Position numbers and translations under genes: made by a program. A DNA stretch of 64,000 bases. It comes from Candidatus Poribacteria bacterium (GTDB lineage: Bacteria > Poribacteria > WGA-4E > PCPOR2b). The number at the start of each line of letters is the position of its first letter. The stretch's first letter is position 1. Location of the stretch: contig OZ244042.1 of NCBI GenBank assembly GCA_965215015.1, forward strand, positions 1,024,001 through 1,088,000. The letters run 5' to 3'. The notes under the pieces were generated by a model. The model was not told the origin of the DNA. It searched no databases and saw only the letters and a program-made list of their open reading frames with translations. Shown piece after piece: positions 11,372-20,844 of this stretch.

Positions 11372-11519
11372 GACAGAACTTCCTTACAAAATTGAAAAAG
11401 CATCATTCTCCGCCCTTGTGGGGGCGGGACAACGAAGAAGATTACGGATGCCTCGACACCTCTACAGTTGAGAAGCTTGCCCTTGTATAGAAGAAGGTTA
11501 GGGCAAGTCTATAAGGACA

Positions 11520-11876
11520 CTATGATAGCCTTGGCTCGATAGAACAGTACGCTCTCTGCCCCGTCCTTCTGGCTTTGACACTCATATACACGTAACCTGA
11601 GATTGGATTACTCTTTTGCTGGCTATACTTTGGATTATTACCATAAGTTAGTACTCGTGCATGTATCCAATACCAACCAACCCAACTTTGAGCACTTGCA
11701 TCAGCAAATGCTCTTACTTTACCACCTAATTTTGTAATACCTCCACTACCCTGAATCGGACCGTCATTCTGTGTATCTCTGTCCTTAGCAATTGACAGCA
11801 CAACAGATAACATCGTTACAAGACATAGGAGGATTATCAAAATTCTCAGTCGCATCTTTGTTTTTTCGCATACCAT
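11520..11876 (-). CDS. Small secreted hypothetical protein (island cargo)
   Basis: Signal peptide MRLRILIILLCLVTMLSVVLSIA followed by a basic, aromatic-rich mature part; AT-rich. Confidence 0.65.
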   Translation of the reverse strand: MVCEKTKMRLRILIILLCLVTMLSVVLSIAKDRDTQNDGPIQGSGGITKLGGKVRAFADASAQSWVGWYWIHARVLTYGNNPKYSQQKSNPISGYVYMSVKARRTGQRAYCSIEPRLS

Positions 11877-11887
11877 GGTTTCGTTTT

Positions 11888-11972
11888 AAAAACAGAAAAA
11901 AGGCTGATTGGGGGTAATCTCAAATCGTGCAGCCCCTTTTGTTTCCGATCGAAACTTATGGCAAAAAAGGTG
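11888..11972 (-). promoter_or_regulatory. Hairpin/terminator element, copy B, directly upstream of the 11876 start (attenuator-like)
   Basis: Homologous to 10508-10592; the U-tract ends about 12 nt before the ATG. Confidence 0.6.
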
Positions 11973-12139
11973 TACGCACTTATAAATCAAGCGATTCGAG
12001 CCACGATTTCATATCGTTTCGGGGAGCTCCGAGAAGAGCACTTAGGGCTCCCATCTTTTTAATTAATCCCGATCTATCGTGACCAATCCTGGACTACATT
12101 TAAACCTTTTTAAAACACTTGTCAACACTTTTTTGCAAT

Positions 12140-12748
12140 TCACTTGTAATTTCCCTGGATTTCTTTTCTTTGAACCGAGCAATCGTACCCCGTTCTGTCA
12201 ACTCCATTTTGGTATAATGCGCCGGCATCTGAGACAACCTCCACCTGCCCGCTGTCTACATAGCCACAACCGACGCACCGGTTTTGGCAAGAGAAACCGC
12301 CGTGCCGCCACCTAGTGAATGACCCGATATAAATTCCTCCACCCCTGCGATGTTTGCCCACAGTTGGATAGCGTTCCGTGCCCCGCATGCCGTGAACCGT
12401 GTGGTCTGAATGTGATCCCCCCGACGGATGCGACGAAACAAAGGAGAACAATACCCAACCTGTGATTCTTCCCCTGTCCACGCTTGCAGGGGAGGGGGGT
12501 ATCCATTTGACAGCTGCAACCGCTTGACTAATCGTTGCTGGCGACTTCCCCGCTGGGCGAAGATCCATGATGAGGGTTGCAAGCAAGGCATCGGTGAAAG
12601 ATTGACCATTAAGCTATGTTTCAATCTCTCGTAACCAGTAGCGATAATTTCGTAGTGTGTTTTCACTGACACCATTTGTGATTAGAGCTTTGGTATCATC
12701 GCTAATTGACAACCCTTGTGGTTTATCCTGAACCGCTAACTCGTTCAC
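12140..12748 (-). pseudogene. Cre-like tyrosine recombinase relic 1
   Basis: RBS+GTG, then MNELAVQDKPQG...SENTLRNYRYW...(TAG)...GKSPATISQAVAAVKW, and later PLFRRIRRGD and FISGHSL in shifted frames. Homologous to 58463-59032. Confidence 0.8.
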
Positions 12749-12881
12749 CGTTCCTTTCCCTTCCTGTCTGTTAGGGAAGCCCTACAGAGATATAGTTTCC
12801 GTTAAAGAAGATTAAGATTAATCGCAAGCGTACAGAAGATTGTCGCTACACACCTATACTAACCAAGTGAGTCATTTTTTC

Positions 12882-12910
12882 TTGACACTTAGGATACTGG
12901 CTAGTATACT
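12882..12910 (+). promoter_or_regulatory. Consensus sigma70 promoter
   Basis: TTGACA-17 nt-TATACT, about 50 nt upstream of the likely GTG start at 12960. Confidence 0.8.
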
Positions 12911-12959
12911 ACCAATCAGGTTTACTATACCTAAATTATCTAAGGCAGGCGATTCAACT

Positions 12960-13664
12960 GTGAAAAAGTTATCCTTTTGCATACTGATTATACTAATTGC
13001 AGCAAGCTACAGCTCCGCCCGTATTATAGATCCGAAGACAGGGGCGGAGTTTAAATATAAAGCGAAACTAGCTGAGGTTGCCCCAGTGGTTGATGGCTTT
13101 CTTGACGACCCCGCGTGGGACGATGCTATTTCTGCCGCCCTAGACCATGATGTCAAACAGGACAGGCGTTGGGAAGAATCCAGCGATTTCAAAGGTACTT
13201 TTGCTGCTGTCTGGCGCAATGCCTCCCTCTATGTAGCCGTTGAATTGACCGATGATCAAATCGAAACCGCTCACGAAAAACTCGCTCGGCAAGACCGCCT
13301 GGAAATTTACCTAGATATAGAACATTCAGGTAACCAGAGCGATCTCTATCGTTACACAATCCCTGTTGGGAAAGACATCACGTTGGCTGATTCTCAGCGA
13401 CTGCAAGCTAACTGGGGAAATGCAGGGCAATCTGTAGAATTGAGCTTTGCCTTGGGACATATACCGAGAAAAGAGGATACTGTCAGTTTCGGAATTTACT
13501 ATTATGATGTGGATGGCGATCGTCTAAACCATCAATTTCGATGGGGACCAATTGGACAAACTGAACCGGCAGATGCCCTTGCAGATCTGGTATTTACAGC
13601 GAATATAAAGCTAAACGCAAACCAAAAAGCAATACAGTGGGGACGTATTAAACAGCTCTATTAA
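12960..13664 (+). CDS. Secreted CBM9-like sugar-binding protein with C-terminal WGRIK motif
   Basis: Signal peptide; PVVDGFLDDPAWDDA, AVWRNASLYVAVELTDD and DRLEIYLD motifs; ends KAIQWGRIKQLY. Confidence 0.75.
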   Translation: MKKLSFCILIILIAASYSSARIIDPKTGAEFKYKAKLAEVAPVVDGFLDDPAWDDAISAALDHDVKQDRRWEESSDFKGTFAAVWRNASLYVAVELTDDQIETAHEKLARQDRLEIYLDIEHSGNQSDLYRYTIPVGKDITLADSQRLQANWGNAGQSVELSFALGHIPRKEDTVSFGIYYYDVDGDRLNHQFRWGPIGQTEPADALADLVFTANIKLNANQKAIQWGRIKQLY

Positions 13665-13736
13665 TCATCGTGCAACGGCACTATGAGGTTAGGCAATTGA
13701 TACCGATGCGTCAAACTCAAGTGTACGGAGTTCACA

Positions 13737-13916
13737 GTGTTTATCATCGGTAAAGCATTAGAATTGATAGGAATGGCGCTTCTAGGAGCGGGGTTATATG
13801 TTGGATGCATCAACCCCTACGGCTTGAGTGAAGGTGCCGCTATGGGCGCAGAGGTAGCCTCCCTTATGGTAGGAATCTTAATCTTCTTCATAGGCAGAAC
13901 GATAGAGAAACGCTAA
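13737..13916 (+). CDS. 59-aa two-TM small membrane protein (absent from ORF track)
   Basis: GGAG RBS then GTG; MFIIGKALELIGMALLGAGLYVG...MVGILIFFIGRTIEKR. Confidence 0.65.
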   Translation: MFIIGKALELIGMALLGAGLYVGCINPYGLSEGAAMGAEVASLMVGILIFFIGRTIEKR

Positions 13917-14363
13917 CCGTGCTCGCACAGCATGACCGTTTAGGTTAAAGACCTATTTCGGCACGCCCACATACTCGAGCATCGAGCGCACCTCCTCGAT
14001 GCTTTTTTAATTTTTCGGAGTAACTTCCCAAGTAGCGAATCTCGAAATAAATCCATATGATGGCAAATAAACCTCGACAAGCCATCGCAAGATGTAACTA
14101 TTTGGGCATGAAAACCTATATGAATCCTAAAGCAGCTGAGCAGGTTCTCGGCTGTCATGTCGATACCTGTCAATGACAGCAAGATTGGATACATCGAAAC
14201 ACCGGGAGATTGACGGCATTATGACCTGCAAGGATACATTGATAGTCAAACCGAGTCAGATATTACTACCCTTTGCTACTGTCGAGTTAGTGGAACAGGA
14301 CAAACCGACGCTTTGCATGGATTTATGAGCGGGTGTTCAGGTTGAAAGGTACAGGAATATAGA

Positions 14364-14885
14364 ATGGCATTTAATGTCAAAAAACGTGGAAAATTGACCT
14401 ATTATTATCAAGGTAATCATCCGGTGCTATCCCCTTTAGTCACTGAAACGTTGCCAGACGGGGATTTGAAAATCTATTTTTCGGGTCTAACAGGAGGCTA
14501 TTCGGCAAAAGGAGTCCTGAACCTCGATGAACTGGTTTCGATGGATCCGGAGCGGGAGATTCCACTAGTATTCAAAAGCTGGGAATCTTGGTTAAAAGAG
14601 GCAGGTATTTGTGATTCTCTGAAGGATGTAGATTTTATTGAAGTTCACGCCTTCGGTTGTCAACCCAAAGCCCCAAATCCGCTCGTTGATCCGGCGGGTT
14701 ACGCAGCAGAGCAGGAGCGACTACGCCAAGCTTATGCTCAAGCGTATAGTAACTTTTTCCGCGACTACTTACCGGAAAACGGTGTGCCTGCTCGGTTCAC
14801 AGTCCATGTCGTTGATGTTCCAGACACAGCAGCTTCCTATGAGTTTTACGGAACCGCACTCTACCAGAAAACATTACAAAAATAG
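14364..14885 (+). CDS. Divergent RidA/YjgF-fold protein
   Basis: IYFSG, AY..FF....PARFTVHV and terminal E strand resemble the Rid family. Confidence 0.5.
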   Translation: MAFNVKKRGKLTYYYQGNHPVLSPLVTETLPDGDLKIYFSGLTGGYSAKGVLNLDELVSMDPEREIPLVFKSWESWLKEAGICDSLKDVDFIEVHAFGCQPKAPNPLVDPAGYAAEQERLRQAYAQAYSNFFRDYLPENGVPARFTVHVVDVPDTAASYEFYGTALYQKTLQK

Positions 14886-14932
14886 ATTTGTGAGGTTTAA
14901 GAGGCGACACGCTTTCCCTGTGAGACTGTAAA

Positions 14933-17386
14933 ATGATCGGTCTGAAACCTCTCCTGTCTTTCGTCTGCATTGCATTAATCGTATTAATTGGCTGCGGCGA
15001 AAGACGCGAAAAACATGAGAAATTTGATGAATGGCACAAGCTCCCCCAAGCTAATTTCGCGATTCCGCCTTACGCCCGTTACCTCGAAGGAATCAAAATC
15101 TGCCTAGACCCAGGGCATGGCGGTCAAGCTCATCTGCCGAATTACAAACGCGGACCAACCGGGCTCCGCGAGGCAGAGGTCAACCTGCGTGTGGCACTGT
15201 ATCTGCGCGAATTTCTGACGGAAGTCGGGGCGATTGTCTTCATGACGCGCACCGACGATTCCTTCGTCAGTATCCCGGATCGCAGTAAGCTTGCCAACAA
15301 GAACGCTGTCGATTTTTTTATCTCCCTCCACCACAATTCTTTTAGCAATCCCGAAACCAATTATGCCTCCACATGGTATCATCAAGATGCAGATGATTCC
15401 CGCACAAGCTTAGATCTCGCCCGTTATGTGCAACAGAGCGTCGCTGATACGCTGCATCTATCGCAATTTCCGCCAACAGGACTCTACTCGGATCGGTTGG
15501 TAATCCCTTCGGGATTCGGTGTACTACGTCAGATAAAGGTACCCGCTATTTTGTGTGAAGCATCGTTTTATTCCAACCCCGAAGAAGAGAAACGCCTGAG
15601 AGAGAAGTCATACAACAAGCGCGAGGCTTACGGCTATTTTCTTGGGGTTGCCCGTTACGTTGCAGCGGGGTTTCCGAAGGGTATCCTGCTGACGCCGGCA
15701 CCGGAATCGTCCATCGAAACTAAAACGCCGCGCATCGAGATTCGTGTAGCAGATGGCTTGCATGAGCGTGGTGCATGGATGCTCAAGCGGCAACAGATCT
15801 TCTCCGATTCCATTCGCGTCAAATTCGATGGCATTGTCGTTCCCCACCAGTATCTCCGCGTTGAAGATCTTATTGTGATTACCCCACCGAGGCCACTCTC
15901 TAACGGCGTACATTTTGTCGAAACCAATCTTGTCAACTACTACGGGAATCATAGCTTGCCGGGCGGGCAGTGGTTCAAAGTTGCCCCACCCGCCGCAAAG
16001 CTGAAACTCCGTGCATGGACCAAGGTCCTTCCCCCCGATGGGGCGAGCTATGTCGGAATCACTGTTACCGCTCTGGACAAAGATGGTCTGCCAATCGCAG
16101 ATGACGAGCTCATTCATGCTCAAACATCGCTTGGGTGGCTTGCTGAGACAAAGAAATCCGTAAAGAATGGGGAAGCGCGGTTTTACCTACACACAGACGC
16201 GACGCAGTTAGCGGAAGGTCTCGCACAGGTGAAAGTGGCTTACAAAGACAAATCAGAAGTCATCACTATCCGTTTTGAGGAAATTCGTAGCGGTATTGTT
16301 CAAGGCTGCGTCCACGATGTCTCTGGGAACATCGTCTCAGATGCAACCGTGCGACTGGTGAGAGCAAAGAACAGAAGCATGATGACCAATCCGGAGGGAC
16401 ACTTCTTTTTTAATAACGTTTCGCCGGGGAACGCAACCCTCAACATTTCAAAGACTGGCTACTACAACCGCCAACTGAAGGCCGAGACGAGGTCAAACAG
16501 CGCACAGGTCCTTCATCCCCAACTACATCCGATTGCAGACGGTGCACTTATTGGGAAAGTCTTTGTCCTCGACGCACGCTATGGCGGTTCAGAACGAGGG
16601 ATGCCCGCCCTCAATTCTGTTGCCCCCGCAGATCTTAACCTCGCCGTGGTCAAATCCCTCAAAGAGATGCTGGAACTTGCCGGAGCAAACGTTTACCTTG
16701 TTCGAGAGAAAGATGAGAAGATCTCTGCCTTAAAACGGGTCCAAACAATCAACGCCGTTAAACACGAAGGATACTACCTCCGGATTGATCACGGTGTTTG
16801 GGTCGAAGGCGAGCCATCGGTGATTGCCACAGGCTATCCGGGAAATCAAGTCGCGGAAAACTACTTAAAGGCGATACTTGAGGGTTTTAATATGTCACTT
16901 TTACAGACACCAATTGAGACATTTAGGGATGAAGAATCGCCGGAAATTCGGTCAACTAACAAAATCGCTCTTGCGCTCGAGGTCCGCTCTATCAATCACC
17001 CACATCTTCATGATCCCGTGGATGCTCCCGCACTAATGGCACAGGAGGCTTACGCAATCTTTTTGGGAACATGGAAATTTCTGAAAAACGCTCAATTGGT
17101 TGAGGAGGGACTCAACCCTCGCACAATAGGTGAAGTCTTACCTCAAAAAGAACTCGAAATTCGGGTCGTTGATGGGGGTTCACGACAGCCAGTTACTGGC
17201 GTGAGAGTCGCGTTAGATGACACCTTTCCGTTAGTAACAAATCAGGCTGGAAAAGCCATTTTCCGAGGTGTTCATGCACGCCGGTATCGCATTACAGTTG
17301 ATGCGGCGGGGTACGCTCATCAGGAAATCGAATCGAATCTGCTGAATTCAAGCTCGGTAATGGTAAAAATGAAAAAGAATCGGTGA
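14933..17386 (+). CDS. N-acetylmuramoyl-L-alanine amidase lipoprotein (multi-domain, second amidase domain degenerate)
   Basis: LIGC lipobox; LDPGHGG, EAEVNL, ISLHHN and PAILCE; Ig/carboxypeptidase-regulatory-like domains; second domain LDARYGG lacks the Zn-binding His. Confidence 0.88.
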   Translation: MIGLKPLLSFVCIALIVLIGCGERREKHEKFDEWHKLPQANFAIPPYARYLEGIKICLDPGHGGQAHLPNYKRGPTGLREAEVNLRVALYLREFLTEVGAIVFMTRTDDSFVSIPDRSKLANKNAVDFFISLHHNSFSNPETNYASTWYHQDADDSRTSLDLARYVQQSVADTLHLSQFPPTGLYSDRLVIPSGFGVLRQIKVPAILCEASFYSNPEEEKRLREKSYNKREAYGYFLGVARYVAAGFPKGILLTPAPESSIETKTPRIEIRVADGLHERGAWMLKRQQIFSDSIRVKFDGIVVPHQYLRVEDLIVITPPRPLSNGVHFVETNLVNYYGNHSLPGGQWFKVAPPAAKLKLRAWTKVLPPDGASYVGITVTALDKDGLPIADDELIHAQTSLGWLAETKKSVKNGEARFYLHTDATQLAEGLAQVKVAYKDKSEVITIRFEEIRSGIVQGCVHDVSGNIVSDATVRLVRAKNRSMMTNPEGHFFFNNVSPGNATLNISKTGYYNRQLKAETRSNSAQVLHPQLHPIADGALIGKVFVLDARYGGSERGMPALNSVAPADLNLAVVKSLKEMLELAGANVYLVREKDEKISALKRVQTINAVKHEGYYLRIDHGVWVEGEPSVIATGYPGNQVAENYLKAILEGFNMSLLQTPIETFRDEESPEIRSTNKIALALEVRSINHPHLHDPVDAPALMAQEAYAIFLGTWKFLKNAQLVEEGLNPRTIGEVLPQKELEIRVVDGGSRQPVTGVRVALDDTFPLVTNQAGKAIFRGVHARRYRITVDAAGYAHQEIESNLLNSSSVMVKMKKNR

Positions 17387-17463
17387 AATAACAAATGAGG
17401 CAAAACGGAATGGCAGGCTGCGACGTTCTTTTCTTATTAAAAGCTATGTGAGGGGATGATAAG

Positions 17464-18921
17464 ATGATACGCGCTATGAAAAATGTGTTAGTTATTGATG
17501 ATGACGAAAAAATCTGCTGGGCTTTCGAGCAATTTTTGACAGACGAAGGGTACCGACCAACTATCGCCAACAATGCAGAAGAAGGCTTGCGAAAGATTCA
17601 GTCGGAGGTTCCCGATATAGTTCTGCTTGATGTACGGTTGCCCGGCATGAACGGGCTCGAGGCTCTGAAGCAGATTAAAGTCCTTCAGCCGGAGGCCGTC
17701 GTGATTGTGATGACAGCGTATGACAACGTGGAGACGACCATCCAAGCGATGCAGCTGCATGCGTTTGATTTTATCCCCAAGCCAATCGATCTGGATCAGG
17801 TGAAAGCAATCATCGATCGCGCTACACAGATGCAAGCTGAGCGCAGTAAAATGCCGCCGACTGAATCTCCTTCGGTAGAGATTGAGCTACCGGCGGAGCC
17901 ACAGGAGCATCGCTTGGTCGGGAAGAGTCCACAGATGCAGGAAATCTATAAGCTAATCGGGATGATGGCAAACAACACCGTTACGGTCCTGATAGAGGGT
18001 GAAAGTGGGACAGGAAAAGAGCTAATCGCACGCTCGATCCATTCTAACAGCACACGACAGGATAAGCCCTTTGTTCCTGTCAACTGCGGCGCACTCCCCG
18101 ATGACCTGCTTGAAAGTGAGCTCTTCGGCTATGAGGCAGGCGCATTCACGGGGGCAAGTACTAAAGGCAAGCCCGGTAGATTTGAACTCGCAGATGGCGG
18201 GACACTGTTTCTTGATGAAGTCAGTAATATGAGCCCGGTGCTACAGGTAAAACTACAACGGGCTTTGCAAGAACAAGAAATCGAAAGGTTGGGCGGTACC
18301 CGTCCGCTGAAAGTGGATGTGCGTATCATCGCTGCAACAAATCAGGACCTCGCTGAAGCGGTCCGGCTGGGCAGGTTCCGAGAAGATCTCTACTACCGCT
18401 TCAATCTGCTTTCAATTAATCTCCCACCACTGCGCGAACGATCTGCGGATATCTCGCTGCTAGTCAACCATTTTCTACAGACCGTCAGCGTTGAACTGGG
18501 GCAAAAGGTTCGAGGGGTTTTGCCGCGATGTATAGAACTTCTGCAGCAATACGATTGGCCCGGAAATGTGCGAGAGCTAGAAAATGCCGTTAAAAGCGCA
18601 GCGGTTCTTTCACGGGCGGACGTTATCCTACCGGAACATCTTCCGCCTGAGATTCTAAATTATAAAGGGCGGCACCAATCAACCCAATCCCGCCTAGAAA
18701 TGGCACTCGAATCCGTATTGAAAGAAACCGTCAAAGACGCCGCAGCACAAGCGCAGGAAGGGCTCTACGACGAAGTCATTGATACCGTTGATCGTGCGTT
18801 AATCAAGTCCCTTCTTGAAGAATTCCAAGACAACCAGACGAAATCGGCAAAGCTCTTGGGAATCAGCCGTACAACGTTGTTGCAGAAGATTAAAAAATTG
18901 GGGATCGAAGTGAAAGCATGA
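17464..18921 (+). CDS. Sigma54-dependent response regulator (NtrC/AtoC family)
   Basis: Receiver domain, GESGTGKE, GAFTGA, WPGNVREL and Fis-type HTH. Confidence 0.95.
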   Translation: MIRAMKNVLVIDDDEKICWAFEQFLTDEGYRPTIANNAEEGLRKIQSEVPDIVLLDVRLPGMNGLEALKQIKVLQPEAVVIVMTAYDNVETTIQAMQLHAFDFIPKPIDLDQVKAIIDRATQMQAERSKMPPTESPSVEIELPAEPQEHRLVGKSPQMQEIYKLIGMMANNTVTVLIEGESGTGKELIARSIHSNSTRQDKPFVPVNCGALPDDLLESELFGYEAGAFTGASTKGKPGRFELADGGTLFLDEVSNMSPVLQVKLQRALQEQEIERLGGTRPLKVDVRIIAATNQDLAEAVRLGRFREDLYYRFNLLSINLPPLRERSADISLLVNHFLQTVSVELGQKVRGVLPRCIELLQQYDWPGNVRELENAVKSAAVLSRADVILPEHLPPEILNYKGRHQSTQSRLEMALESVLKETVKDAAAQAQEGLYDEVIDTVDRALIKSLLEEFQDNQTKSAKLLGISRTTLLQKIKKLGIEVKA

Positions 18922-19667
18922 ACAGATGGCTAGCACCGTTGATCACGTTTGTATTCCCCGCAAAATGCCGACGCTGTGAAACACCAATGGGCGTCGGTCA
19001 GGTGCCTTACCTTTGCGATGCCTGCTGGGAACAGATCGAACTTCTCAAGCCCCCTTGGTGTCAGATTTGCGGGCTACCACGGTGGAGCACCGTTTGTGCA
19101 GATTGCCGTGAGTATCCTCCATTATTTAGAAAACTTCGTGCAGTCGCGTTTTACGAACCTACCCTGCGCGAAGCCATCCATCTGATGAAATATGAGAAGA
19201 AACAGATTATCTCAAAACATCTGATCCAATTACTGCGGGCGCATCTTCCTATCGACCTTCCTTCGACAGATTACGATTTCCTACTCCCAATCCCCCTCCA
19301 CACGAACCGTTTCCGCCAGCGAGGCTTTAACCAAGCCGAGCAAATTGCTCAAGGTATCGCTCAAGTTTGGGGGGTGCCGGTCCGGACGGATATTCTCTTT
19401 CGCATTAGGGACACGGCCCCACTGAGTAGCCTCGGATCCCACGAAGAACGGATGAAAAACATCGCAGGGGCTTTTGAAGTTCAGTCGCCGGATTTAATTC
19501 AGGATCGGAAGGTTTTACTGATTGACGATATCTTTACGACGGGAACAACGATCAATGAAGCCCTCAAGGTTCTACAGGCTGCTAACCCTGACCGTGTTGA
19601 TGTCCTGACACTGACCCGCACAAGACCATCAATACAAGAAAGTATAAATCAGAAAAAGGACGCGTAA
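18918..19667 (+). CDS. comF: ComF family protein
   Basis: Double Zn-ribbon CxxC motifs, RGFNQAE and LIDDIFTTGTT. Confidence 0.92.
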   Translation: MNRWLAPLITFVFPAKCRRCETPMGVGQVPYLCDACWEQIELLKPPWCQICGLPRWSTVCADCREYPPLFRKLRAVAFYEPTLREAIHLMKYEKKQIISKHLIQLLRAHLPIDLPSTDYDFLLPIPLHTNRFRQRGFNQAEQIAQGIAQVWGVPVRTDILFRIRDTAPLSSLGSHEERMKNIAGAFEVQSPDLIQDRKVLLIDDIFTTGTTINEALKVLQAANPDRVDVLTLTRTRPSIQESINQKKDA

Positions 19668-19673
19668 ACTAAA

Positions 19674-19937
19674 ATGCAAGAAGTTCAGTTACCCCTAAAA
19701 AAATATCAAACTATTACAATTATCGCTGCCATGGTTGGATTCCTGTTAGGAACGCTAATTCCCGCCTTTGCTTTTGGTAGGGGATACTGGTCATGCCCAT
19801 TTGGGCAGGGCGTGATACATATCGGCGTGTTTGTTCTGTTGACGGGTATTTTAGGGGCGTTTCTCATCGGCAATATGGTTGCCCTTCTTGTGATTTTCAT
19901 TGTGAAACTTCGTCGGTCATCAGCCAAACTCAAATAA
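19674..19937 (+). CDS. Small membrane protein
   Basis: Two hydrophobic helices; starts 7 nt after the comF stop. Confidence 0.6.
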   Translation: MQEVQLPLKKYQTITIIAAMVGFLLGTLIPAFAFGRGYWSCPFGQGVIHIGVFVLLTGILGAFLIGNMVALLVIFIVKLRRSSAKLK

Positions 19938-19988
19938 TCTTCAACCTGCGCTCAAGCTCAAGTCGCAATTCGGAAGGTACGCCCCCTA

Positions 19989-20768
19989 CTACAGGGCAGC
20001 TGATTGACCACCATCAACGGTAATAACACTTCCGGTCATATAGCGAGACGCATCAGAAGCAAGCAGCAGCAATGCGCCATCAAGGTCCTCAACCTGCCCC
20101 AATCGGCGTTGTGGGATGCCTTTAATCAGGCGTTGCCCTGCCTGTGTGGTAAAGAATTGCCGGTTCATGTCGGTTTCGATATAACCGGGTGCAATGGCGT
20201 TGACCCGTATCCCATGTGGCACCAACTCGACCGCCATCGCCCGCGTCAAGTTAATAATCCCGCCCTTGGATGCACAGTATCCCGGCAATTGTGAAATCCC
20301 CCGGAATCCGAGCACCGACGCTATATTGATGATGCTCCCACCCCGTCCGTGGTGAACCATGCGCCGTGCAACCTCCTGCCCCATGAACCAAATCCCCTTG
20401 AGATTCGTGTCAAGCACCGAGTTCCAATCCTCCCCGGTGTGTTTAAGCAGCGGCTTAGTTACGGCAATACCGGCGTTATTGACAAGGATATCAATGGGTC
20501 CAAGTAAATTCTCCGCCGTTTCGACACAGGTTTTGACACTTTTTTCATCGGTAACATCAAGGTGGATAGCAGCCCCGCAACCACCGAACTCCTCAACCTC
20601 CTCGACAGCCTCCTGCAACCGGTTAATTCCGCGAGCAGCCAGAACCACCTCTGCTCCCGCTCGCGCCAGTGTCAAAGCGAAATGACGTCCCAATCCCCGC
20701 GATGCACCGGTCACGATTGCACGCCGACCGTTGAGGTCAAACACAGCAGGGCTTTTCCCTCCTTCCAT
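19989..20768 (-). CDS. Short-chain dehydrogenase/reductase
   Basis: TGASRGLG, NNAG and YCASK. Confidence 0.95.
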   Translation of the reverse strand: MEGGKSPAVFDLNGRRAIVTGASRGLGRHFALTLARAGAEVVLAARGINRLQEAVEEVEEFGGCGAAIHLDVTDEKSVKTCVETAENLLGPIDILVNNAGIAVTKPLLKHTGEDWNSVLDTNLKGIWFMGQEVARRMVHHGRGGSIINIASVLGFRGISQLPGYCASKGGIINLTRAMAVELVPHGIRVNAIAPGYIETDMNRQFFTTQAGQRLIKGIPQRRLGQVEDLDGALLLLASDASRYMTGSVITVDGGQSAAL

Positions 20769-20844
20769 TGTTCTCTTCCTCTCTTCCGGACGGGCATGGT
20801 TTGGTCTCGATCCGTGGAAGCCCTAAACGAATCGTCCCGTCTTA

